Below, one piece after another: positions 37,523 through 47,836 of a stretch of DNA of 64,000 nt (positions are counted from its first letter, which is position 1; every line of letters begins with the position of its first letter). The notes beneath the pieces are model-generated. The model saw only the letters and a list, made by a program, of their open reading frames with translations, ran no database searches and had not been told where the DNA came from. The DNA is from Candidatus Latescibacterota bacterium (GTDB taxonomy: Bacteria; Latescibacterota; UBA2968; UBA8231): contig CBDFJF010000002.1 of the NCBI GenBank assembly GCA_965248265.1, positions 3,232,001 through 3,296,000 of the forward strand, written 5' to 3'. The translations under genes and the position numbers were made by a program.

Positions 37523-39373
37523 ATGTCCCCGACCTACGTAGCCTCTGAATTTCCTGACGATCTCAAGGATCAGATCTTATCCGTTATCGGCGATCGCCTG
37601 AATACGGGCGAGGTGCTGCTTTCGGAATCCCAGTTCGTCGCCGCCATGGAGGAGGGATTCCAAACGGTTTCTCGAGCCACCTTGGACGAGGGCACGAAGA
37701 CGAAGCTGGCAGAGATCGTTCGCAAGGTGAATGGGGAATCGCCCGAGATTCTGGTGGTTCCCGGCTTCGAGAATTGGGTCACCAAGTCAGTGTTGGCAAG
37801 TGTGCGCAAGCAGGGCATGGGTGTAACCGAGGTTCAGGAGGGTGGTAATCAGCTGGTGCGAGATTTTGTACGCGGGGCCAAGGTGCAGGGACTGATCTCC
37901 CAACTCGGTATCCAGGCCAGCCAACTGAATCTGAAGCGCTGCTTCCGCACCATCCTCAACCAGGTTGCCGGCAAGGTGGACGTCGACCAGAAGCGCTCGG
38001 CCGCCAGGTTGGCCCAACTCAAGAAAGCGGCCGCCAGCCAGCCGGCTGCCGCGGCCGATGCAGGTGCGGGTGGACCGCGTCGGGTGTCCGGGGGATTGGA
38101 CCGCTTACTGGACGGCCCAGCCGAGATGCCCACGGAAGAAGAGGCTCAGAGCCGCACGGCCGAACAGGAGAAAGCGCAGAGCGCCATTAGGGAAACCCAG
38201 ATGGCCAATCTGGTAAACAATATCGATTCGTATGTCGAGCAAGGCATGCTCGACGCGGATGGTGCCGAGCGGCTTCGCAAGGCGCACAAAGTGGACGAGG
38301 CCGTGCGCACCGGGAGAGTCGACGCGCAAAAAGGCAGCAAGATTCGCAACAGCATCTTGAGCGGAAACGTGCGAGACAAGATTGAGAGGAGCGTGAGTAA
38401 GGCGGTCGATTTCTCCGTGCAGTACCTGCAGGTGTTCGATGCCCTCAAGCGAATCGAGACGCGTTTTGACGGCGCCCTCAGGTTCTTGGTGCGCCACAAG
38501 GATGCGGTCAACGCCGATCGTGAAAAGGACGCACCCAAGCCGGCTGAGCTGGGTCCGTTCGTCAAAGGATTGCTGGAAGACATGGATGTCCTGGAGCAGG
38601 TCATCGACCTCATGGATCGCAAGGACGCGGAAGTCAGGATGATCGCCGCACACCTGCCCCCGTACAATGGCGTGATGCGACGGGATCAGGGCCGCATCGA
38701 GAACATGGTGGTCGACGAGACCTTCATGGACCTGCTACGAGCGGAGGATGGCAGTGATTCCACGGCGGAGCGGCTCAACTGCGCTGACAAGGCCATCCGG
38801 GGCCGCGCTGCCGCGGACATGCTGTGCGTGACCAGCATCTTGAATCGCCTGATCCGTCCGACGCCGGCACGCAAGGAGATTCGCCTGCTGAAGATCAACC
38901 TGATCATCGAGGAGTTCTACCGCGATGAGACGGATCTGGACCAAGCTCGCACCCGGGCACAGGACTTCCTGAAAACGCGGATTCGCAGCATGTACCCGGA
39001 TCTGAGTGAAGAAGAGACCCAGGAAATTCAGCAGCGAGGCGCGGAGATCATCGAGGCAGTGGAGCAGAAGATCGTCGCCGAGCGCAAGGAGGCAGAGGCT
39101 GCGAAGACAGCAACCTCCGGGGACGGGGCGGAAGGGGACGATGAGACGCTCAGCAAGGAAGAAGAGCAGATGGGCGTCCAGATTCATCGAATCGCCGTAC
39201 GGGTCGCTGGCCGTACACGCAACATTCCGTACAAAGTGATGCCCGATGCAGACGATACATCGAAGTTCGTCATCGTGCAGAAAGACCCGGATAGCGGCGA
39301 GATGGTACCGGTCCGCCGCCGCGGGCAGAAGCGCTTCGTCCAACGGGGCAGAGACGGCTGGGAGCTCGCCTGA
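37523..39373 (+). CDS. Hypothetical protein (616 aa, mostly alpha-helical, no recognised family)
   Basis: Long ORF with genome-typical codon usage and natural composition; no TM segment or signal peptide evident. Confidence 0.85.
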   Translation: MSPTYVASEFPDDLKDQILSVIGDRLNTGEVLLSESQFVAAMEEGFQTVSRATLDEGTKTKLAEIVRKVNGESPEILVVPGFENWVTKSVLASVRKQGMGVTEVQEGGNQLVRDFVRGAKVQGLISQLGIQASQLNLKRCFRTILNQVAGKVDVDQKRSAARLAQLKKAAASQPAAAADAGAGGPRRVSGGLDRLLDGPAEMPTEEEAQSRTAEQEKAQSAIRETQMANLVNNIDSYVEQGMLDADGAERLRKAHKVDEAVRTGRVDAQKGSKIRNSILSGNVRDKIERSVSKAVDFSVQYLQVFDALKRIETRFDGALRFLVRHKDAVNADREKDAPKPAELGPFVKGLLEDMDVLEQVIDLMDRKDAEVRMIAAHLPPYNGVMRRDQGRIENMVVDETFMDLLRAEDGSDSTAERLNCADKAIRGRAAADMLCVTSILNRLIRPTPARKEIRLLKINLIIEEFYRDETDLDQARTRAQDFLKTRIRSMYPDLSEEETQEIQQRGAEIIEAVEQKIVAERKEAEAAKTATSGDGAEGDDETLSKEEEQMGVQIHRIAVRVAGRTRNIPYKVMPDADDTSKFVIVQKDPDSGEMVPVRRRGQKRFVQRGRDGWELA

Positions 39374-39443
39374 GCGCTCAGGCGGCTTGCCTCCCGGACC
39401 GGCATCTCCGATCCATTCAAGCACATAACACCATCACCCAATC

Positions 39444-40262
39444 GTGCGCTCGTTGAAGGGACGATCCGTCGTCGTTACCGGTGCCAGCAGCGGCATCGGA
39501 TGGCACCTGGCCTTGATGCTGGCGCGACGGGGCGCCCGTCTGGTACTGGTTGCCAGACGTGGTGAGTCTCTGCAAAAGCTCAAACACACAATAGATGCAG
39601 AGCGCCTCATCTCGCCCGAAGTCGTCGAGTGTGACGTCAGCGTGCGAGAGCAGGTCGAGGCGTTGAAGCTTCGATGCCAGGAAGTTGTCGGCGACGTCGA
39701 CGTTCTGGTCAACAACGCCGGCAGGGGGGCGTACGGCTATCTACACCAGGTCGCCCTGGATGACCATGAGGCGGTCGTCAACACCAATGTGATGGGGGTC
39801 ATCTACTGCACCCACGCCTTTTTGCCGGCGATGTTGGAGCGCGGCAGCGGCCATGTGGCCTTCGTTTCGAGCGTGTTGGGGGAGTTGCCTGCCCCCGAAC
39901 ATGCCGTCTACGGCGCGACGAAGTTTGCTGTCAGTGGGCTGGCTGAAAGTCTCTACCACGAACTGGCAGGAACCGGAGTCAAGGTGACGCTGATCGAGCC
40001 GGGATTGGTTCGTTCCGAGTTTGCGCAGGTGAGTTCCACGCCGCTGGCGCGTTTCGCGCAAGTGCCATCCAAGAGCCCGGAGGAGGTAGCCTCGCGAATC
40101 GTACGCGCTCTTGAAGCAAGGTGGCAGTGGAAGGTGATTCCCGATCCGCTGGCGAGGGTGGGCATCGACCTGCGACGTCACTTTCCTCGGCTATCGCGCT
40201 TTCTCTACGGCCGCATCACGCGGCGGATTCGAAGAAAGGACGGTCCCCCTGGCGGACCATAG
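39444..40262 (+). CDS. Short-chain dehydrogenase/reductase
   Basis: TGASSGIG, LVNNAG, YGATK. Confidence 0.9.
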   Translation: MRSLKGRSVVVTGASSGIGWHLALMLARRGARLVLVARRGESLQKLKHTIDAERLISPEVVECDVSVREQVEALKLRCQEVVGDVDVLVNNAGRGAYGYLHQVALDDHEAVVNTNVMGVIYCTHAFLPAMLERGSGHVAFVSSVLGELPAPEHAVYGATKFAVSGLAESLYHELAGTGVKVTLIEPGLVRSEFAQVSSTPLARFAQVPSKSPEEVASRIVRALEARWQWKVIPDPLARVGIDLRRHFPRLSRFLYGRITRRIRRKDGPPGGP

Positions 40263-40288
40263 GAGGCTTGCAAGCAGGCCACACGCCC

Positions 40289-41074
40289 TCATTGGGACGT
40301 GTAACCGCCATCTACCAGCAAGGTCGCTCCCGTCGTGAACGAGGAAGCCGGGGAGGCAAAGTAGAGGACGGTGGTGGCCAGCTCCGCCGGATCGCCCCAG
40401 CGCGCCATCGGTACCCCTGCAATCATGGCCGGTCCCTTCTCGGGATCGTCCAGCAGCACCTGGTTGATCGGAGTGGCGAACGGCCCCGGACAAATGGCAT
40501 TGACGGTGACCCCATGGGACGCCCACTCCAGAGCCAACGTGCGAGTCAGTTGCACCAGACCCCCCTTGCTCGATGCGTAGGGGGTTCGACCGGGGATTGA
40601 GATGAAGGAAAGGGTCGAACCCAGGTTGATGACCCGACCGTAACCACGCGAGATCATGTGATCGCCCAGCGCTCGACAGTAGTAGAAGGGTCCCGACAGG
40701 TTGATCCCGATGACCTCATCCCATTCTGCGTGCGTGAGTTCAGCAATCGGGCCCCGGATGTTGATGCCGGCATTGTTGACGAGAATGTCGATGTGTCCAA
40801 GCTGATCGATCACCGATTCAACCACACTCACTACTGCCTTGGGATCCCCGGCATCGGACTCGAAGGCGTGGACGGGATTGCCAGTCTTGTCCGTGATCGC
40901 CCTTGCGACGGTCTGTGCCTCATCCAGGTTTCGGCTGGTGATGGCGACGTCCGCACCAGCCCCGGACAATGCCATGGCCATGCTCTCTCCAAGACCTTTG
41001 CTGCCCCCGGTTACGAGGGCCCGTTGATCTTTCAGCGAGAACAGGTCGAGGGAGTTGCCCGGTAATTCTTTCAC
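40289..41074 (-). CDS. Short-chain dehydrogenase/reductase (gluconate 5-dehydrogenase/KduD-like)
   Basis: [30 protein letters not shown]. Confidence 0.9.
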   Translation of the reverse strand: MKELPGNSLDLFSLKDQRALVTGGSKGLGESMAMALSGAGADVAITSRNLDEAQTVARAITDKTGNPVHAFESDAGDPKAVVSVVESVIDQLGHIDILVNNAGINIRGPIAELTHAEWDEVIGINLSGPFYYCRALGDHMISRGYGRVINLGSTLSFISIPGRTPYASSKGGLVQLTRTLALEWASHGVTVNAICPGPFATPINQVLLDDPEKGPAMIAGVPMARWGDPAELATTVLYFASPASSFTTGATLLVDGGYTSQ

Positions 41075-41127
41075 AAGGTATGTGTGCGTGAGATGAAGGG
41101 GGTATGCAAGTTACGCGTACTGCGCGG

Positions 41128-41370
41128 TCATGTCGGCCATTGTTCGGCCTCGACCATGCCTCGTGCCAACACGCCCAATTCCGCCACAAGCTCTTGCTTC
41201 TCCTCTTCCCGTGCCTTGTTCGTCACCTGCATGGTCAGCGCGATCAAACCGAGGCCGAAAATGCGCTGCAGGGATTCGGGAGTCTCTGGATCCAGATCCG
41301 GGATCAGTTCGCCGAGTTTGGCCAACAGCAGTTTGTGTTTCTCGGTAATGTCGATGACTTCGAGCGGCAT
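41128..41370 (-). CDS. Small hypothetical helical protein (80 aa)
   Basis: Fills the gap between same-strand genes; protein-like composition. Confidence 0.6.
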   Translation of the reverse strand: MPLEVIDITEKHKLLLAKLGELIPDLDPETPESLQRIFGLGLIALTMQVTNKAREEEKQELVAELGVLARGMVEAEQWPT

Positions 41371-41415
41371 GAACGGAACGTAGGAAAAGCTGTCAGGGCT
41401 CGCAATCGGTCCGAC

Positions 41416-42258
41416 TCACTCCGCCACCGGCGCGGCAAGCAGGCGCTTGCCATCTCGCCGCAGTCTGTTCCAGGGCTCGGAGGGGTCGTGATCCCAGGCG
41501 ATAATCCACCCTTCATCGCAGATTTGCGCGGCGAGTTTCTGCTTCTCGACGAAGGTTTGGTAAGGATCCATGTCGTAGGCCATGATCCAGAACGGGTTGA
41601 GATGGTGTCTGGTCGGCAGCAGATCGCCCGGAAAGACGACGCAGTCGTTTTCACCATCGATGACGACCGCCTGGTGGTGGATGGTATGACCACCAGTGAC
41701 CATTACCCGCAAGCCGGGAAACAGCTGTTCGTCACCATTGGTGAACTGGAACTCCACCTGGTCATGCAATTGCCGCAGGTCATCGGGTCGGTAACTGCTC
41801 TTCATGATGCTGCGCCCTTCAACCGCGGCCTCCCATTCGCCTTGTTGAACCACGTGCAAGGCGTTGGGGCAGGTCGCCACTACTTGATCATCGACCGCGC
41901 CCAAGGCTCCGGCCGCGTGATCGAAGTGCAGGTGGGTCAAGACGACGTGGGTCACGTCCTGCGGAGAAATCCCCAGGAGGTCAAGGCCAGCTTTCAGGGT
42001 AGCACTCTCGTCCAGCGCGAAAATCTCTCGCTCCCTGGCGTCGAAGCGCCGCCCGCATCCGGTTTCGACAACGACGAGGGCATCGGCGTAGCGGACGAGC
42101 AGGCTGTTGCAGCTGAGATCGATCCTGTTGTCAGCATCTGCTGGGCAAGGCGATGACCACAGGGCTTTCGGGACCACGCCGAACATGGCGCCGCCGTCGA
42201 GTTTGAAACGGCCGCTGCAGATGGAATCGATGCGTAGGTGGCCGAGCTCGAGATGCAT
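41416..42258 (-). CDS. MBL-fold metallo-hydrolase (YtnP-like)
   Basis: LDGGAMFGVVPK, THLHFDHA, GGHT, GDLLP. Confidence 0.9.
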   Translation of the reverse strand: MHLELGHLRIDSICSGRFKLDGGAMFGVVPKALWSSPCPADADNRIDLSCNSLLVRYADALVVVETGCGRRFDAREREIFALDESATLKAGLDLLGISPQDVTHVVLTHLHFDHAAGALGAVDDQVVATCPNALHVVQQGEWEAAVEGRSIMKSSYRPDDLRQLHDQVEFQFTNGDEQLFPGLRVMVTGGHTIHHQAVVIDGENDCVVFPGDLLPTRHHLNPFWIMAYDMDPYQTFVEKQKLAAQICDEGWIIAWDHDPSEPWNRLRRDGKRLLAAPVAE

Positions 42259-42278
42259 GGGGTAGGGGGGAGGGAGTC

Positions 42279-42950
42279 TCAGGTAGAAAGGCCACCGCGG
42301 TCGCGGGCCTCGTCCCAGGCCTCCTTGAACTCGCGTATCGTTTCGACCGTTCGCGGGTGGTGAGCCATGCTGGCCAGCAGGCTGTAGGAAGTGGTGACGA
42401 TGTGGGCGCCGGCCAGAAAACTGCGGCGAATGTCCGCGGTCTGTCGCATGCTGCCGGCGATTATGTGGGCGTCAAAGCCGCCCTGGCTGATGAATTCGGC
42501 CGTTTCTGCGATCACGGTGTCGGCGTCGTATCCCAGGTCATTGATGCGGCCGACGAACAGGCTGACGTAGCTGGCCCCTGCCAGCAGGGCCAAAGCTGTC
42601 TGGTCCGAACTCATCATGCAGGTGACGTTGACGCGCACGTCGCGCTCTCGCTCGAGCGTGTGGATGACCGGAAGGCCTTCCAGCGACATCGGGATCTTGA
42701 CGACGATGGCGTCGCTCCAGGCAGCGTACTCGGAGGCTTCCGTCAGCATGTCGTCTGCGGTCTCGCCCAAGACCTCAACACTCAATGGACACCCGGGACA
42801 CGCCTCCAGGATTTCCTCCACGCGGGAGCGGAAACTTCCCGGGTCGGCCATTGCGGCGAGTTTGGGATTGGTGGTGATGCCGGAGATGACCCCGAGGGCT
42901 ACGGCTCGGCGAACCTCGTCGATGTCAACACTGTCGATGAATAGTTGCAC
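42279..42950 (-). CDS. Transaldolase / fructose-6-phosphate aldolase family
   Basis: FIDS, GITTNP, VVKIP (Schiff-base Lys), VNVT, YVSLFVGR. Confidence 0.9.
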   Translation of the reverse strand: MQLFIDSVDIDEVRRAVALGVISGITTNPKLAAMADPGSFRSRVEEILEACPGCPLSVEVLGETADDMLTEASEYAAWSDAIVVKIPMSLEGLPVIHTLERERDVRVNVTCMMSSDQTALALLAGASYVSLFVGRINDLGYDADTVIAETAEFISQGGFDAHIIAGSMRQTADIRRSFLAGAHIVTTSYSLLASMAHHPRTVETIREFKEAWDEARDRGGLST

Positions 42951-42956
42951 TTGAAA

Positions 42957-43562
42957 TCAGGTTTCCGTATCTGCGATCATGTGACGCAGGCAGTCACAGA
43001 TCAGGTGCTCGAGGGCAAGATGAAACGATTCCACCTGCGGCGTGGAGTCGATGGGAACGACGATGCAGACATCGGCGAGCTCGCGCAAGGCACCGCCGTC
43101 GAAGCCACTCAACCCAATCACGCGGGCCTGGCGGGCGCGGGCGATGTCGACGGCGCGAACCAGGTTCTGGGACCATGGCCCGGCGTTGCCATCACCGGAG
43201 CCGCCGTGCACGCTTATGAGAATGAGGACGTCTCCCGCACCGATGAACGGCTCCAGCTGCTCGGTGTAGGCGGAAGCGGGTCCCTCGTCATTGATCAGGG
43301 CGCTGTACAGCGGCATGTTGTCGGTGAGGGCGAGGGCCTTGAAGCGCGCCTTGCCCTCCTGGGCAGTCCACTTGGCCAGGTCACAGGCAAAGTGACTGGC
43401 CGTGGAAGCGGATCCACCGTTGCCGGCGATGAACACGGTATTCGAGTTTCTCCAGGCCTCGTACAAGAGGTTGATGGTCGCGTCGATGGGCTCGTGAGGC
43501 AAGGCCTCGATGACCGTCTCCATGTCGTCGAAGTAACGGCGGATGTAGGCTGCGTTTTTCAT
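42957..43562 (-). CDS. gmhA: Sedoheptulose-7-phosphate isomerase-like SIS protein
   Basis: AGNGGSASTASHFACD, ND, GFDGG, QVESFH..EH. Confidence 0.82.
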   Translation of the reverse strand: MKNAAYIRRYFDDMETVIEALPHEPIDATINLLYEAWRNSNTVFIAGNGGSASTASHFACDLAKWTAQEGKARFKALALTDNMPLYSALINDEGPASAYTEQLEPFIGAGDVLILISVHGGSGDGNAGPWSQNLVRAVDIARARQARVIGLSGFDGGALRELADVCIVVPIDSTPQVESFHLALEHLICDCLRHMIADTET

Positions 43563-43577
43563 CGTTCACACACACAC

Positions 43578-44567
43578 TCACGCGTTCATGAGAACCTTAA
43601 CGCCCTGAAAATCGAAATCGAAGTTCATCTCGCGCAAACCTTGCCGGACCATGGCTTCGCGCAAGGCCTGGCGATGGCCGGCGGCACAGTAGAAAACGAG
43701 AAATCCTCCGCCCCCAGCGCCCATCAACTTTCCCCCTAGGGCTCCCGCTTTCCTCGCACTTTCATACCATACGTCGATTTGCGAACTCGACATCTTTCCG
43801 GAACGCCGCTTCTTCGCCACCCAGTGTTCGTGCAGCAGTTCACCAAAGCGGTCGAGCTCGCCCCGCTGGAGTGCATCTTTGATGAGCAGGCCCAGCCTCT
43901 TTACTTCGTGCAGACTGTCGATGACCTCGGTCTCACCTCGCTCGGTGTCGCTCTCTTGCTGTGAGAGAATGTCAAAGCTCTCGCGTTCGATGCCGGTAAA
44001 GAACACGAGTAGGCTGCCGCGCAGCTCTTCCATCGTGTGATTCGACACGACGAGGTTCGACACCGTCACCGCCCCGTCCGTGCTGATGTCGAGGCAAGTG
44101 AGACCGCCGAAGGCCGCCAGGTAGTGGTCGTGTTTGCCAACCGGTTGCCTGGCCCGCTCCGACTCTATGAAGTTGGCTTCTTCGGCTAACTCCTGCCGCC
44201 CCATGTCCACGCGATCGTGCTCGTGCAGCGCCGCCAGCAGCGACACGACGAATGCCCCCGAGGACCCGAGTCCGGTGCGGCCGGGAACGTCGGCCATGGC
44301 GCTCAGTTCGAGTCCGCCCGCAGCCCCTGTGTGCAACAAGCACTCCCGCAACAGCGGGTGATCGATGTCACTGATGTCGCTGACCAATTCGGTGCGTGAA
44401 TACTTGACCCGTACGAAATCCTCAACCTTGAGCGTGTTCAGTTGTAGGTAGACGTACTTGTCGATGCCGGCACTGAGCACGAAGCCTCCGAATTGTCGGT
44501 AGTAGGATGGAAGGTCGGTCCCACCCCCTCCCAGGGGAATTCTCAGTGGAGCTCTGGTGGTGATCAC
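43578..44567 (-). CDS. hddA: GHMP kinase, D-glycero-alpha-D-manno-heptose-7-phosphate kinase-like
   Basis: RAPLRIPLGGGGTDLPSYY, PGRTGLGSSG, GKHDHY, GGKLMGAGGGGF; GTG start at 44567. Confidence 0.8.
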   Translation of the reverse strand: MITTRAPLRIPLGGGGTDLPSYYRQFGGFVLSAGIDKYVYLQLNTLKVEDFVRVKYSRTELVSDISDIDHPLLRECLLHTGAAGGLELSAMADVPGRTGLGSSGAFVVSLLAALHEHDRVDMGRQELAEEANFIESERARQPVGKHDHYLAAFGGLTCLDISTDGAVTVSNLVVSNHTMEELRGSLLVFFTGIERESFDILSQQESDTERGETEVIDSLHEVKRLGLLIKDALQRGELDRFGELLHEHWVAKKRRSGKMSSSQIDVWYESARKAGALGGKLMGAGGGGFLVFYCAAGHRQALREAMVRQGLREMNFDFDFQGVKVLMNA

Positions 44568-44595
44568 GATGTAGCTGATCCGGAGGAAGGAAGGA

Positions 44596-45315
44596 TTAAG
44601 GTAGAGCAAAAGACCCGTTCGCAACGGCTTCACGGGTGCGCCGGTAGCGCTCTGGCGTGTCGGTGGAAAGTAATTGACCCTCCAGAGCATGTCCATAAAT
44701 GCCTACGCCACGGCGCAGCAGCAGGGGAAACACGTCCCGGGCAAAGTCGACGGGGCCATTCGGGATCATCTGCACGATGCTGTTGTGCAGGATGTACAGG
44801 CCGCCGTTGACCAGGTAATCGTCGAACACCTCCTCCGGTTTCGGTTTTTCGATCAACCGCGTGATGCGACCATTGTCGCCAAGCTCGACGATGCCGCGGC
44901 TCTCCGGCTCATCCATCCACAACAGGCCGACGGAGGCGAGTTCGCCTTCGCGTTCGTGCGCAAGGCGCAGATCTGTGAGGTTGATGTTGGAGAGGTTGTC
45001 GCCGTAATAGACGAGAAAGGGCTCATCGAAAAAATCGGCGAGTGCGCGGACAGCACCGGCGGTGCCCAACAGTTCGCGCTCTATTGAGTAATGGATGCGC
45101 ACTCCCCATTCGGAACCGTCACCGAAGTGTTTTTCAATGGCTGCGCCGTGATGATGGAGATTGATAGCGATGTCGTCGAAGCCATGGAGGGAGAGCAAGC
45201 GGATAACATGCTCGAGCAGTGGTCGGTCACCGACCGGGATCATCGTTTTGGGGACCCGGTCCGTCAGTGGACGCAGGCGACTGCCGACGCCGGCCGCCAG
45301 CACCATCGCCTTCAT
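44596..45315 (-). CDS. Sugar-1-phosphate nucleotidyltransferase (HddC/guanylyltransferase-like)
   Basis: MKAMVLAAGVGSRLRPLT..PK, LGTAG, YYGDN, IEKP. Confidence 0.85.
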   Translation of the reverse strand: MKAMVLAAGVGSRLRPLTDRVPKTMIPVGDRPLLEHVIRLLSLHGFDDIAINLHHHGAAIEKHFGDGSEWGVRIHYSIERELLGTAGAVRALADFFDEPFLVYYGDNLSNINLTDLRLAHEREGELASVGLLWMDEPESRGIVELGDNGRITRLIEKPKPEEVFDDYLVNGGLYILHNSIVQMIPNGPVDFARDVFPLLLRRGVGIYGHALEGQLLSTDTPERYRRTREAVANGSFALP

Positions 45316-45317
45316 CG

Positions 45318-46433
45318 TCAGCTGGCGCCGCGGATGATGCCGGCTTCGCGCATGGCGCTTTCGCTGCCGGCGTAGTACTCGTCGAGGTCGTCCTGTTCGC
45401 GCACCCAGTCGACGTACTCCTGGGCGATGGTCTGCAATGGTGTACTGGGTTGCCAGCCCAATGCTCCCAAAGACTCCCACGACGATACCGTGTGTCGCGT
45501 GTCGCCGTAACGGTATTCGCCTGAGACAATGGGTTTGAAGTCCTTGCCGCAGGTGTGGGTAAGGAGATCGGCGTATTCGACCACCGTTGTCGGGCCGCGT
45601 CCGGCGACATTGAAGCTGCGGAAATTGGCACGTTCGTCCTCCAGCGCCAGCACGTTGGCGCGGGCCACATCGCCGACGTAGACGTAGTCGCGCCGCTGTT
45701 GTCCGTCCTCGAAGCAAACGGGGGCTTTGTCGTGCAGTAGCCGCAAGGTGAATATCCGGGCTATGCCGGAGTAGGCATTGTAGAACGAGTTGCGTGGGCC
45801 GTGGACGATCGAGTACCTCATGTTGGCCACCGGGATGTCGTACTTGCGGCCCAGGTTCAACGCCAGCAATTCCAGGGCGTATTTGGAGATGCCGTAAGCC
45901 GTGTGTGGGTTCGTCGTGGCCTCGTCGAACACCTGCGACTCACCAGGGCCATCGCACACGGGGCAGGAGATCTCCCACTGGCCCTTTGACAACTGGCTTT
46001 CACTGCGGGCCTGGGGGAAAAAGGTACCGTGCTCCTCGCAGTGGTATCGTCCTTCTCCGTAAACGGATTGAGAGGAGGCGAGGACGACCTTGCCTACCGG
46101 TAGGTTGTCGGCGACGATGAGTTCGAACAGCAGGGCCGTGCTGAGTGTGTTGACGTCGATGAAGGTGCTGAAATCGGGCATGTAGTCCTGATAAGCGGCC
46201 AGGTGAAAGACCGCGTCGACACCGTCCAGGGCATGCCTGAGGTCGTCTCTGCTCCTGACGTCACCGCGGACCCTGTCGACCTCGGGTGGCAGATAGTCCG
46301 GCCAGCCCCGGGGATGGACTCGCTCCTGCAGGCTGTCCAGCACGCGAACTGCATAGCCTTTGGCAAGCAGTTCGTCTACGGTATGGGAGCCGATGAATCC
46401 TGCCCCGCCTGTGACCAGAACGGTCTGTACCAT
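45318..46433 (-). CDS. NAD-dependent NDP-sugar epimerase/dehydratase
   Basis: TGGAGFIGSH, YGISK, RDYVYVGD; CxxH..CxxC insertion. Confidence 0.9.
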   Translation of the reverse strand: MVQTVLVTGGAGFIGSHTVDELLAKGYAVRVLDSLQERVHPRGWPDYLPPEVDRVRGDVRSRDDLRHALDGVDAVFHLAAYQDYMPDFSTFIDVNTLSTALLFELIVADNLPVGKVVLASSQSVYGEGRYHCEEHGTFFPQARSESQLSKGQWEISCPVCDGPGESQVFDEATTNPHTAYGISKYALELLALNLGRKYDIPVANMRYSIVHGPRNSFYNAYSGIARIFTLRLLHDKAPVCFEDGQQRRDYVYVGDVARANVLALEDERANFRSFNVAGRGPTTVVEYADLLTHTCGKDFKPIVSGEYRYGDTRHTVSSWESLGALGWQPSTPLQTIAQEYVDWVREQDDLDEYYAGSESAMREAGIIRGAS

Positions 46434-46559
46434 AAATCGTAGAGCTACCTTTCGTTGTCAGTCGACGAATGCTGAAATGTCGTACCCGCTGTCGAGGGAT
46501 TTCGTATAACCCGTTAACAAATATAGACATAGGGTTTTTCAGCTTCAACGGGTCCGACG

Positions 46560-46589
46560 TTGACAGGTGAAATTGGCCCACCTTAGTTT
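46560..46589 (+). promoter_or_regulatory. sigma70-type promoter for the SGNH-YfhO-DUF2723 operon
   Basis: TTGACA-18 nt-TAGTTT. Confidence 0.4.
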
Positions 46590-46636
46590 GAGGACTGCAC
46601 CCCTTCGTTCCCCAGTCCGTTCGGATACCACCGATC

Positions 46637-47836
46637 ATGTCACCCGTGCCGGTACCGTCGACGAACAGCCAGCTGAAGGCGCGCGCAGCTCTCGTCGTCG
46701 CCAGCCTTGCGGTTGGACTGATTCTGTGTGAGGTCCTGCTGCGCTTTTTCGCACCTCAAGTTACCAGACGTCACGTCTTATGGGCCTATGATGCGGAACT
46801 CGGTTGGCGACACATCGCCGGGGCTTCCGGCCGCATGCTGAGTCCGGAGTTCGATGTCAACGTGCACATCAACTCTGACGGGCTCAGGGATCGAGAGTAC
46901 AGTGAAGAGAAACCCCCGAACGTCCATCGTATCCTCGTTTTTGGGGATTCCTTCGCGGAGGGATGGGGGGTGCCCGTGGACCGTAGTTTCTCTGAGAAAC
47001 TCGAGAGTAATCTCGGAGGCCGAGAGGGTCGTGTGCTTGAAGTTCTCAATTTCGGCGTTGCTGGCTTCGGAACCGATCAGGAGTTGTTGCTGTTTCGCCG
47101 CCACGGTACCCGCTACCATGCGGACGACGTTGTCGTCCTGTTCTACGCCAATGACCTGTGGAACAACCTGAGTCGGAGGGGCATTGGCAGCGAACGCGGC
47201 CACAAACCCTACTTCCGGATTTCGAGGGAGGGGGAGTTGATGTTACGCGGGGTCCCAGTGAAGAAGAGCCGGTACTGGAGTCTACAAGAAGGCGCCTGGA
47301 ACCCTCCAGCCGCGCAGCGATTCCAGCGCTACCTGTTCGACCACTGGCATACTCTGGCCTTGGTTGGCAAGGCATTGCGCTCCTCGCCTGTGCCCGCGGC
47401 GCAGCGGGCGAAGTACTACGAAGGCCTGTACGGCCGAACCGAGACGGCCCGGGACAAGACCGGATGGCGCTTGACCGGGGCGATTTTGCGTGAATTCCAG
47501 CAGGCGGTGGTGGCAACGGGCGCGCGCTTCCACCTCGTGTACGTCCCAGCCATCGTTCAGGTAGAGGAGGAAAACTGGCGTTTGAAACGGCAGCTGCATG
47601 GGCTTGCCGGTGAGGATTTCGACCTGCAAAAGCCCAATCGACAGCTGCGCGCCATAACGACTGACCACCAGATCTTTTTCATCGATCTGACGCCGAGTTT
47701 CGTTGCCGAGGCAGGCACCCGCACCCTTTACTTCCGCGACAGCCATTGGAACGAGGCCGGACATGCCCTGGCCGCAGAAGTGGTAGGGGAGCATCTGCAG
47801 CCTCGACTCGGTGTTGGGGAGGTCGCCCGCCAGTGA
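46637..47836 (+). CDS. Membrane-anchored SGNH/GDSL hydrolase-family protein (AlgX/AlgJ-like)
   Basis: N-terminal TM; GDSF, NFGVAG, AND, DSHWN (DxH). Confidence 0.85.
   Translation: MSPVPVPSTNSQLKARAALVVASLAVGLILCEVLLRFFAPQVTRRHVLWAYDAELGWRHIAGASGRMLSPEFDVNVHINSDGLRDREYSEEKPPNVHRILVFGDSFAEGWGVPVDRSFSEKLESNLGGREGRVLEVLNFGVAGFGTDQELLLFRRHGTRYHADDVVVLFYANDLWNNLSRRGIGSERGHKPYFRISREGELMLRGVPVKKSRYWSLQEGAWNPPAAQRFQRYLFDHWHTLALVGKALRSSPVPAAQRAKYYEGLYGRTETARDKTGWRLTGAILREFQQAVVATGARFHLVYVPAIVQVEEENWRLKRQLHGLAGEDFDLQKPNRQLRAITTDHQIFFIDLTPSFVAEAGTRTLYFRDSHWNEAGHALAAEVVGEHLQPRLGVGEVARQ

Noticed and set aside
41104-42156. 350-aa plus-strand ORF
   Set aside because: Antisense to the well-supported MBL hydrolase.
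44568-45717. Long N-terminal extensions in the ORF track for the kinase and nucleotidyltransferase (likewise dcd, rfbA, YfhO)
   Set aside because: Most extensions overlap upstream genes and all have non-protein-like composition; downstream starts fit the family N-termini.
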